This document shows, piece after piece, positions 56,898 to 64,000 of a stretch of 64,000 nt of DNA. The notes under the pieces were generated by a model that worked only from the letters and a program-made list of their open reading frames with translations, was not told the DNA's origin and did no database searches. Within the stretch, counting starts at the first letter, position 1. The number at the start of each line of letters is the position of its first letter. The stretch is from Candidatus Methanomethylophilaceae archaeon (GTDB lineage: Archaea; Thermoplasmatota; Thermoplasmata; Methanomassiliicoccales; Methanomethylophilaceae): the NCBI GenBank assembly GCA_050950505.1, contig JBMNHS010000001.1, positions 128,001-192,000 on the forward strand. Direction: 5' to 3'. The position numbers and the translations under genes were made by a program.

Positions 56898-58247
56898 ATG
56901 GCTGAAAGAATATTGATTATAGGTTCCGGGGCGGCGGGAATGACCGCCGCGTCCTCGGCCAGAAAATTTGACGCGGGTCATGATATCACCGTGATAACGG
57001 AAGATGAGGATATCGCATACTCCCCCTGCGCGGTCCCTTGGGTATTGGAAGGGAAAAATGATTGGGACAACATCGTGATGCACGATGCCGATTACTACTC
57101 TAAGAACAGAAACATTAAAGTCATAATCCGAACCAAGGTTGACTCCGTTGATTCCGATTCGAAGACGGTGACCGCGGGCGGAAAAACTTACCCTTACGAC
57201 AAACTGGTCATCGCCACGGGAGGACGGGTTTTCGTCCCTCCGATAAAAGGCAAAGATCTTGACGGGGTGTTCACCGTCAGAACGGTTCGGGACGGAAAGA
57301 ACATCGAAGCCCGGATGAAGGACGTGAAGGACGTCGTGATTGCCGGTGCGGGAGTCATAGGATTGGAAATGGCCGTCGCCCTCAAAAACGCGGGAAAGAA
57401 CGTGACCGTGATAGAAATGATGGATCAGGTCATTCCGAGAATAGCCGATCCGGACATCGCAAAAGACGTTCAGAAATACATTGAAGACAAAGGCATACGC
57501 ATGGTTCTCAAAGCCCCGGTGGAAGAAGTCCTGGGGGAAAAAACCGTGGAAGGCGTGAAAGCCTCCGGAAAAACCTATCCCTGCGGCATGGTTATTTTTG
57601 CCACCGGCGTACGTGCGAATCTTGACATTCCGAACGAATTGAACCTGGACATCGGCCAACTCGGTGCGGTTGTCGTTTCCCCCACCCTTCAGCCCTACAG
57701 GAAAGGAAGGTTGGTCAACGACATTTATCTTGCCGGGGATTTGGTGCAGTGCCAGTCTGCCGCGGTTCCGGGGCCCACGATGAGCCAGTTGGGATCTTCC
57801 GCGGTGCGTCAGGGAAACATAGCCGGAAAAAACGCCGCCGGCGATTGCGGAATGCTCGGACCCACGGCGAGTCCCTGGGTCAGCGTCATCGATGAAATAC
57901 AGGTTGCGGGCACCGGAATATCCGGAGGGCTTGCGACATGGTACGGAATCGAAACAGTGGAGGGAAAAGCCGAAGGGCTTACCAGAGCCAGATATTCCCC
58001 GGGAGGGAAAAGACTGGTGGTCAAGATAATAGCAGAAAAATCATCTCACAGAATCATCGGCGCACAGATACTCTCGGGAGAGGACGCCAACGGAAGAATC
58101 AATTGGCTGACTTCGGCCATACTTTCCGGAATGACGGCGGAAGGATTCCTTTCCATGACCGAAAACGCATACTGTCCCCCGACCTCAATGGTCAAGGACG
58201 TGGTGGTATCTGCGGCCGAAAATCTCGTACACAACCTAAGTGGCTGA
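56898..58247 (+). CDS. FAD-dependent NADH oxidase / CoA-disulfide reductase family
   Basis: IIGSGAAG, YSPC redox Cys, ATGG, GAGVIGLE, AGD, AYCPP. Confidence 0.9.
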   Translation: MAERILIIGSGAAGMTAASSARKFDAGHDITVITEDEDIAYSPCAVPWVLEGKNDWDNIVMHDADYYSKNRNIKVIIRTKVDSVDSDSKTVTAGGKTYPYDKLVIATGGRVFVPPIKGKDLDGVFTVRTVRDGKNIEARMKDVKDVVIAGAGVIGLEMAVALKNAGKNVTVIEMMDQVIPRIADPDIAKDVQKYIEDKGIRMVLKAPVEEVLGEKTVEGVKASGKTYPCGMVIFATGVRANLDIPNELNLDIGQLGAVVVSPTLQPYRKGRLVNDIYLAGDLVQCQSAAVPGPTMSQLGSSAVRQGNIAGKNAAGDCGMLGPTASPWVSVIDEIQVAGTGISGGLATWYGIETVEGKAEGLTRARYSPGGKRLVVKIIAEKSSHRIIGAQILSGEDANGRINWLTSAILSGMTAEGFLSMTENAYCPPTSMVKDVVVSAAENLVHNLSG

Positions 58248-59031
58248 TATGATGGATTATTCGGAATACAAAACGATATACAACGGCCTGCGAAACCTGA
58301 AAGACGTGAAAAGGTTCGAGGAAGAGGAAGGATACGACAAAAGAATGCTGCAGTCCCTTTACACCCAAAAAGTGACCAGAGACGTCAAGAAGAGATTCTA
58401 TGTCGTGAAAAAGAATGCCAGGCATATGCTGAAAGACTGGAAGAAAGGGAATACCCTGATGGAGCTTGCGGAAAAGAACAGGTTCCCTCCGATGCTGACG
58501 GCAATGATGATTTTCCAGGAAGACGGAGCGTCAAAAAAACAATTCTGGGAATTCGTGCGTGAACCCGAGAAGCTCGAAAGCCGGGAAACCGCCGACGAGT
58601 TGCGGGAAGTCACCGAGAACGATATGATTTACTCGCCTTACGGGAACCAGATTCAAAGAGAACGGGGAATCTGGGGCGAAGAGCTTCTTGAAAATTGGCT
58701 GAACGAACAAGGCGTGGAATACAGAAACGAAGAAGAGCTCCGCAAAGAGTTCGGCAAAACCCCCGACTGTCTGCTTAACGAGCCCATGATGCTCGACGGA
58801 AAAAAGATTTATTGGATCGAAAGCAAAGCGTCTTTCGGGGACAACATCGAATTCAGGTTCAATGCCAGAAAACAGCTCGTTCCCTATTCTGAAATCTTCG
58901 GTCCGGGAATCGTGGTTTATTGGGTGGGCTGTCTGAACGATCTGAAAACCCCCGAAGGGGTTTATGTGACGGACATTTCGATTCTCAAAGAGAAACTGAG
59001 GCCCGTCGCCGAAGAGGAAACCGACGGATGA
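58240..59031 (+). CDS. CDIN1/C15orf41 (TPD domain) PD-(D/E)xK nuclease-like protein
   Basis: G..GEELL, KTPDCLL, WIESKASFGD, QL..Y...FGPG.VVYW.G; helical N-terminus. Confidence 0.82.
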   Translation: MADMMDYSEYKTIYNGLRNLKDVKRFEEEEGYDKRMLQSLYTQKVTRDVKKRFYVVKKNARHMLKDWKKGNTLMELAEKNRFPPMLTAMMIFQEDGASKKQFWEFVREPEKLESRETADELREVTENDMIYSPYGNQIQRERGIWGEELLENWLNEQGVEYRNEEELRKEFGKTPDCLLNEPMMLDGKKIYWIESKASFGDNIEFRFNARKQLVPYSEIFGPGIVVYWVGCLNDLKTPEGVYVTDISILKEKLRPVAEEETDG

Positions 59032-59032
59032 A

Positions 59033-59926
59033 TCAATCCGTCTCTTCCTTTTCCTTTCTCAATTCGCCCATGGTCGCTTCTCTCTGAGCCGCGGCGTTGT
59101 GTTTGTGTATGGATTCCTCGGATTCGCTCCATACCAGGATTTCGGTATCGTCCGGAAGTTCGGGGAAGGTGTCCACCATTCTTTCGAGGACCCCCCTTAC
59201 CACGTCTTCGACGAATTTGGGATTGCGGTGTGAATTGATCACGACCCTCCCCTCATCCTCTCTTTTAAGAAGCTCGTAAGTCGGGGAAGAGAAGGAATCT
59301 TCGATGAGTTCGATAAGAACATCGGCTTCCACTTCATATCCTTCGTCGGTGGTCACCATGGCGGAACATATGTTCCTCTGGTTGTGGGACATCACCGGGT
59401 TTTCCGTGTTGCAGTCCGTAAGTTCGGTGACGGTCTGCTGGGCACAGGGGCATGCGGTCATTCCGATGGCTTCCGCGCCGATCGATTTCCTTATTCCTTT
59501 TTCGCGGTCGGCCATGGCCTTGGCGACAAGGGTGTAGACTTCGTAAGTGTCCCTTCCGTTGGGGGTTTTGCTGGGTTTGAAGTAATCCGTGGTTATGGAT
59601 ACTTCCGCGAACCTGGCGTATTCGTGTTCCACCAACAGTTTCTTGCCGATGTCCACCGCCGCGGCTTCCAGACTGGAGACGGGCTTTTCGATGCTGGCAA
59701 GGGCAACTTCCGTGACCACGGTGACATTGCGGGACATATGGGAACCTTTCTGCTCCGCGGGAAGGTCGACAAAAATGTCAATGTTGCAGTTGAGCGATCT
59801 GTTCAGCTTGTTCTTCGTTCCTTCTCTTTCGACGAGAATCGGTTTTTTTACATCAGTCACGCCTACCCGGGTCAGTTTGAATCCCGTTTCGGATCTTCCG
59901 TACTGGACGTCACATTTTAAACTCAT
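59033..59926 (-). CDS. mptA: GTP cyclohydrolase MptA (FolE2 family)
   Basis: DVQ, LTRVGV, KGSHMSR, GMTACPCA, SHNQR, LLKREDE, PKFVEDVVR, EESIHKH. Confidence 0.9.
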   Translation of the reverse strand: MSLKCDVQYGRSETGFKLTRVGVTDVKKPILVEREGTKNKLNRSLNCNIDIFVDLPAEQKGSHMSRNVTVVTEVALASIEKPVSSLEAAAVDIGKKLLVEHEYARFAEVSITTDYFKPSKTPNGRDTYEVYTLVAKAMADREKGIRKSIGAEAIGMTACPCAQQTVTELTDCNTENPVMSHNQRNICSAMVTTDEGYEVEADVLIELIEDSFSSPTYELLKREDEGRVVINSHRNPKFVEDVVRGVLERMVDTFPELPDDTEILVWSESEESIHKHNAAAQREATMGELRKEKEETD

Positions 59927-59997
59927 ATGAGATTCCGTAAACGTGAGCCGACTTAAAACATATACGTCTACCAACATACGGGTTATACGGGGATTCG

Positions 59998-60636
59998 ATG
60001 AAATATTGCGGAATTGACGAGGCGGGGCGGGGATCCGTCATGGGTCCGATGGTTGTGGGGATTCTGAGAACCGATGAAGACAGGGGATTGATTTCTTTGG
60101 GAGTCAAAGATTCGAAAAAACTGACTCCCGGAAAAAGAGAAGAAATTTACGAAGAACTTGCGGGAAGTTACGAAATCCGTGTCGTTGAGATGAGTGCGTC
60201 GGAGATAGATTCCCTGAGGGAAACAAAAACCCTGAACGAAATAGAATTGGACATGTTCGCGGAAGCCTGCAATCTGTTGCCGGGTTCCTGCACCTACGCG
60301 GATTGTCCCGACGTCAACGAAGGCAGATTCCAATCCTTGCTTGAACGCAGGGTCAAAGGGCGGGTGGTCGCAAAGCACGGAGCGGACAATCATTATCCGG
60401 CTGTGTCCGGAGCCTCCATCGTCGCCAAGGTCGTGAGAGACCGTCGCATCGATGAACTATCCGGGAAACTGGGAGAAAACATCGGCAGCGGATACCCGAG
60501 TGATGCCGTTACCATGGAATTTATAGAAAAATGGATAAAACATAACGGGAGTCCCCCCTTGGATACCAGATGTTCGTGGGAACCGGTGAGACGGATGTTA
60601 TCTGTTGCCGCCAACACGAAACTGGACGATTGGTGA
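59998..60636 (+). CDS. rnhB: ribonuclease HII
   Basis: GIDEAGRG, KDSKKL, ASIVAKV.RD, GSGYPSD. Confidence 0.95.
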   Translation: MKYCGIDEAGRGSVMGPMVVGILRTDEDRGLISLGVKDSKKLTPGKREEIYEELAGSYEIRVVEMSASEIDSLRETKTLNEIELDMFAEACNLLPGSCTYADCPDVNEGRFQSLLERRVKGRVVAKHGADNHYPAVSGASIVAKVVRDRRIDELSGKLGENIGSGYPSDAVTMEFIEKWIKHNGSPPLDTRCSWEPVRRMLSVAANTKLDDW

Positions 60637-60640
60637 TATT

Positions 60641-60973
60641 ATGGATTTACAGCAGTTGTTTGAGGAAAAGATAGTCAAGTTCAACAAAAGAATCGATGAA
60701 GACGAATCTCTGCGGAAAGAGCTGGCTCATCTGAACAAAACCTTCACTCTGGATTTGGACACCGAAGCGTACAGCATGACTTTGGAAGATTCCAAAGTAA
60801 AAGATTTCAAACCCGAAGCGTTGGAAGATGCGGACGTTGTGGTCACGTCCACCCCTGAAACCGTTGTTGCTCTGATTGAGGGCGATCTGAGGCCCATGAG
60901 GGCATACATCACAAAGAAAATCAAAATCAAAGGAAAGATACAGGACCTTATGTTCCTGAAGAAGTTCCTCTGA
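60641..60973 (+). CDS. SCP2 sterol/lipid-binding domain protein
   Basis: ADVVVT, LIEGDLRPMRAYITKKIKIKG..DL. Confidence 0.82.
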   Translation: MDLQQLFEEKIVKFNKRIDEDESLRKELAHLNKTFTLDLDTEAYSMTLEDSKVKDFKPEALEDADVVVTSTPETVVALIEGDLRPMRAYITKKIKIKGKIQDLMFLKKFL

Positions 60974-61001
60974 GAGTCTTCTGAGGACCCGATTCGTTCA
61001 T

Positions 61002-61013
61002 AAGGGTTAAATA
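61002..61013 (+). promoter_or_regulatory. BRE/TATA of tRNA-iMet
   Basis: AAGGG-TTAAATA about 25 bp upstream of the tRNA. Confidence 0.55.
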
Positions 61014-61037
61014 CACTGTATTGATAGAGCGAACCAT

Positions 61038-61115
61038 AGCGAGGTGGGGTAGCCAGGATATCCCGTCGGGCTCATAACCCGGAGACCGGTCGTTCAAATC
61101 GACCCCTCGCTACCA
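61038..61115 (+). tRNA. initiator tRNA-Met(CAT)
   Basis: A1:U72, three G:C pairs in the anticodon stem (GGG-CTCATAA-CCC), GTTCAAATC, encoded CCA. Confidence 0.95.
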
Positions 61116-61354
61116 TCCTTTATCAATTATTATTCCGAATACGCCTGCGTATGTTTCACGGATTGTTCATCGGGATAATCGGAAAAAATATGAATTGAGC
61201 GGTTTGAAGAATATACTGGCACGATTCTGCGGTCTGCCGGCATTGGTTTCTTTACAAGTATCGCATTTTGGTTATTGATATCGGATAAGAAATCTTTCGA
61301 AAAGTTTCCGCATTCTTTAATCCGCATGAAATAAATTTCATATGATGTAATGAT

Positions 61355-61386
61355 TACCCGGAGAACCTTTTAGTTACCTCCGGGTA
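61355..61386 (-). terminator. hairpin downstream of the TPR gene
   Basis: TACCCGGAG (61355-61363) / CTCCGGGTA (61378-61386). Confidence 0.5.
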
Positions 61387-61412
61387 TTTGAAATAAAAAT
61401 TCGAAATTGTGT

Positions 61413-61952
61413 TTAAAGCAATTCTTTGGCCTCTTCCGGTTCGATTTCCAAAGCTTTCAGCATGTACTTGAGGGCTTTTTGCTTATAGGGAATCAAGGCC
61501 TTCTCGATTGCCGCAACGGCTTCCGGCGGGGCGTCTTCCGGAACATCCCCGTAAGTCGCGACGATGGTTCCGTAGTACTCGATCGCAAACTCGGAATACA
61601 GATGGGCGGCTCTCGATTCGTCCATCTCTGCCGCTTCGTTGTACAGCATTTCGGCCTGATCGAATTTGTTTACGGATATGCAGAACGCTCCGTATGCCTG
61701 ATAGTAATCCGCATTGTCGGGATCCAGCTCGCATGCCTTTTCGTAAGCTTCGATTATCTCCTCGGTCTTTATTTTCGCGCCGAACATTCCCGATGCGTAG
61801 TTGCCGCTTTCGGCACGTGCGTACCAGCATTCGGCGTCATCCGGGAATTCCTGAGTCAGTTTTTTGAACTGTGAATATGCCTTTTTGAAATCGCCTTCGT
61901 CGAACAATCTCATCGCATCGACGATTTTCTTGTGTGCAGCGTCGTTTGACAT
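61413..61952 (-). CDS. TPR repeat protein
   Basis: A..LF..GDFKKA, AYEKACELDPDNADYY, ALEIEP TPR patterns. Confidence 0.85.
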   Translation of the reverse strand: MSNDAAHKKIVDAMRLFDEGDFKKAYSQFKKLTQEFPDDAECWYARAESGNYASGMFGAKIKTEEIIEAYEKACELDPDNADYYQAYGAFCISVNKFDQAEMLYNEAAEMDESRAAHLYSEFAIEYYGTIVATYGDVPEDAPPEAVAAIEKALIPYKQKALKYMLKALEIEPEEAKELL

Positions 61953-62045
61953 GTTATCGATGGATAATTGAACGACTTGCTTAAATGTTTGTCCATCGGC
62001 CGGACAAGGAATATATTGCCGGCGGATGATGACATCAAAATCATC

Positions 62046-62567
62046 ATGTACGAATTCGAACCACATCTCGAAAAGAACGGTTTCACCGTCAAGGAAATAC
62101 CGGTGCCCGCACCTTCGCCCAGAGCCGAGGAGTTCCTGGACCTGTGCAAAAGGAACATTTGCGGAGCTTATGACACGAATTGGGGGTGCCCGCCGGGAGT
62201 GGGCACCATTTCCGAAATAACCGAATCCCTGAAAATGTATTCCACAGCGTATCTCGTGAGCAAGAAATACGTACTGGACACCAAAGACCGGGATGCGATA
62301 CAGACGGCCACGGACGAAATCACCGATGCGGTCAGGGCGGCGGTGAACACCGTCAAGGACCGCACCGTCAAAGCCTTCGGCGACGGAGGGTGCAAATACT
62401 GCGGCGTCTGCACCTATCCCGACGATGAATGCCGGTATCCTTCCCAACGGATAGATTCCATAAGCAGCCACGGATTCGATATGGAAGAAATTCTGAAACA
62501 GGTGGGGGAGAAATTGGTTTTCGGGGATGACGCGATTACGCTTTACGCCCTGATTCTTGTGGAATGA
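62046..62567 (+). CDS. DUF2284-like metal-binding protein
   Basis: C..N.CG.Y..NWGCPP, GGCKYC..CTYP...CRYP, GFD. Confidence 0.82.
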   Translation: MYEFEPHLEKNGFTVKEIPVPAPSPRAEEFLDLCKRNICGAYDTNWGCPPGVGTISEITESLKMYSTAYLVSKKYVLDTKDRDAIQTATDEITDAVRAAVNTVKDRTVKAFGDGGCKYCGVCTYPDDECRYPSQRIDSISSHGFDMEEILKQVGEKLVFGDDAITLYALILVE

Positions 62568-62620
62568 CTCCCGCGTCTGAAAAGATTATATCATATCCTT
62601 CCGTACGGGAAGTCTGAAAG

Positions 62621-62893
62621 ATGATGGAGAAAGATACCTTGGAAACGGTGGCACATAATGCGCACCTGAAACTCACTGAGGACGAGACGGATAAATTACA
62701 TAAGGAATTTACCGAGGTTTTGAATTATTTTTCATTGCTGGACGAAGTACCCGTGCGGAAGGTTACGAAGTTGGATCCGGTGGGTACAGCGGGTAACATA
62801 AGAAAAGATGTTCCCGGATCGAAAATCGATTCCGATGAGATTCTCAAAGGAATCGATACGTACGACGGATATGTCAGGGGGCCGAGATTATGA
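62621..62893 (+). CDS. gatC: Asp/Glu-tRNA amidotransferase subunit C
   Basis: VAHNAHLKL, VLNYFSLLDE, RKD, GYVRGPR; ATGA overlap with gatA. Confidence 0.88.
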   Translation: MMEKDTLETVAHNAHLKLTEDETDKLHKEFTEVLNYFSLLDEVPVRKVTKLDPVGTAGNIRKDVPGSKIDSDEILKGIDTYDGYVRGPRL

Positions 62894-64000
62894 GTTCCCC
62901 CGATGTGTCAAAAATCAAAGAACTGAACGAAAAATACGAAATGTTCAGGGTTTTAAATTCAAATGTCATTAAAGGAGATTTTCTGTTTTCGGTCAGCGAT
63001 TCCTTTGTTACGAGCGAAGCGGACACTCTTTGCGGTTCGGAGATTCTTGAAGGATACAATCCTCCTTTCGATGCCGATTCGGTCATTGCGTTCAAGGAAG
63101 CCGGCGGTGTTCCGATCGGCAAAACGAACATGAGCGAATTCGGAACGGTTCCGTACACCAACGGCCCTTACGGGATACCGAAGAATCCTTACGATGCCGA
63201 TAGAACCTGCGGAGGTCCTTCCGCCGGTGCTGCTTGTGCCGCATCGTTGTTGGACACTGTTTCGTTAAGTCTGTCGACCTGCGGTTCTGTTCTGAATTCC
63301 GCGGCTTACTGCGGAGTGTACGGGATGGTTCCCACTTACGGGAAGGTTTCCAAAGCCGGAACGGTTGACGCGGGAAGCTCCGTGGACCGCGTGGGAGTTA
63401 TTTCGTCAAAGTCCGATGACATCGTAAAATATGCAAAAATTCTGATGGATTCCGGAGACGGAAAAAAATCACAGATCAAGACTGTCGGAATTCCCAAAGG
63501 CGTGACGGACAATGTTTCGGATGACGTTAAAAAGAACTTTGAAAGGAATCTGGAAATTTTGAAATCCCTGGGATTCGAACCGAAAACCATAGAATTGCCT
63601 TCAATGAAATACGCGGCAATCGCCTGCAGAATCCTTACCACAGCCGAAGCGTCCACAAGTATGTCCCGTTACTGCGGAATGCGGTACGGCAAACAGGACG
63701 GAGACTACACTCTTGAATCCGACGAGTTCTTCACGTCGGTGAGAACCGAACATTTCGGAACCCCGGCCAAGGAAACGATTCTTCTCGGTTCGTACATGAG
63801 AATGGACGGTACTCGGGAAAGATATTACAACAAGGCCAGAATGGTCCGCGAATTGATGATCGAAGAATATCGGTCCGCATTTAAAGAATGCGACGTTATT
63901 CTTACGCCGACCACAGAATCCGTGGCACCGCTGATTTCGGAAACATCGGAAATGACCATGGTTGAATCTTTCTCCGCCGACATATTCACCGCACCGCCGG
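62890..64000 (+). CDS. gatA: Asp/Glu-tRNA amidotransferase subunit A (partial, catalytic triad degenerate)
   Basis: Manual translation: GSEILEGY, GKTNMSEFG, PKNPYD, YCGVYG..PTYG.VS, AEAST.MSRYCGMRYG; open to the window end. Confidence 0.88.
   Translation, partial: MSSPDVSKIKELNEKYEMFRVLNSNVIKGDFLFSVSDSFVTSEADTLCGSEILEGYNPPFDADSVIAFKEAGGVPIGKTNMSEFGTVPYTNGPYGIPKNPYDADRTCGGPSAGAACAASLLDTVSLSLSTCGSVLNSAAYCGVYGMVPTYGKVSKAGTVDAGSSVDRVGVISSKSDDIVKYAKILMDSGDGKKSQIKTVGIPKGVTDNVSDDVKKNFERNLEILKSLGFEPKTIELPSMKYAAIACRILTTAEASTSMSRYCGMRYGKQDGDYTLESDEFFTSVRTEHFGTPAKETILLGSYMRMDGTRERYYNKARMVRELMIEEYRSAFKECDVILTPTTESVAPLISETSEMTMVESFSADIFTAPP

Noticed and set aside
61130-61327. 65-aa AT-rich ORF after tRNA-iMet
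   Set aside because: No motifs and atypical composition; may be spacer or a remnant.
61953-62471. N-terminal half of the 352-aa ORF 61413-62471
   Set aside because: Antisense to the DUF2284-like gene; the TPR protein starts at 61952.
1-64000. CRISPR arrays, rRNA, IS elements, integrases, selenocysteine recoding
   Set aside because: No spaced repeats, rRNA signatures, transposase or integrase motifs, or in-frame TGA in Cys positions were seen.

Overview
Core-genome window of an archaeon, most likely a Methanomassiliicoccales (Thermoplasmata) methanogen. That assignment is inferred from hdrCB, Thermoplasmata-style gene order with no eL14, eL34 or archaeal adkA in the r-protein operon, and no amber stops. 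It holds about 80 complete CDS. These include the large uL3-to-secY-DUF106-cmk-cbf5 ribosomal operon, purF, purP, pyrC, pyrH, adk, argS, pheS, trpS, aRF1, hdrCB, a ChlI/ChlD chelatase pair, RaSEA, mptA, rnhB and gatC plus a partial gatA. There are four tRNAs: Ala-GGC, intron-containing Met-CAT, Gln-CTG and iMet. One AAA_14/DUF4143 gene is multiply frameshifted. No CRISPR array, rRNA, transposase or integrase was seen. Five signals stand out: (1) an ArsA/Get3-like ATPase with a C-terminal alpha-crystallin-like domain, coupled to a small protein ending in an IxI motif; (2) a GatA whose catalytic Lys and cis-Ser are replaced; (3) a highly structured ~170-nt leader ahead of the r-protein operon; (4) a CDIN1/C15orf41-like nuclease coupled to an NADH oxidase; (5) a Fluc with both Phe-box residues read as Met. 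All family calls come from motif recognition by eye; no searches were run.
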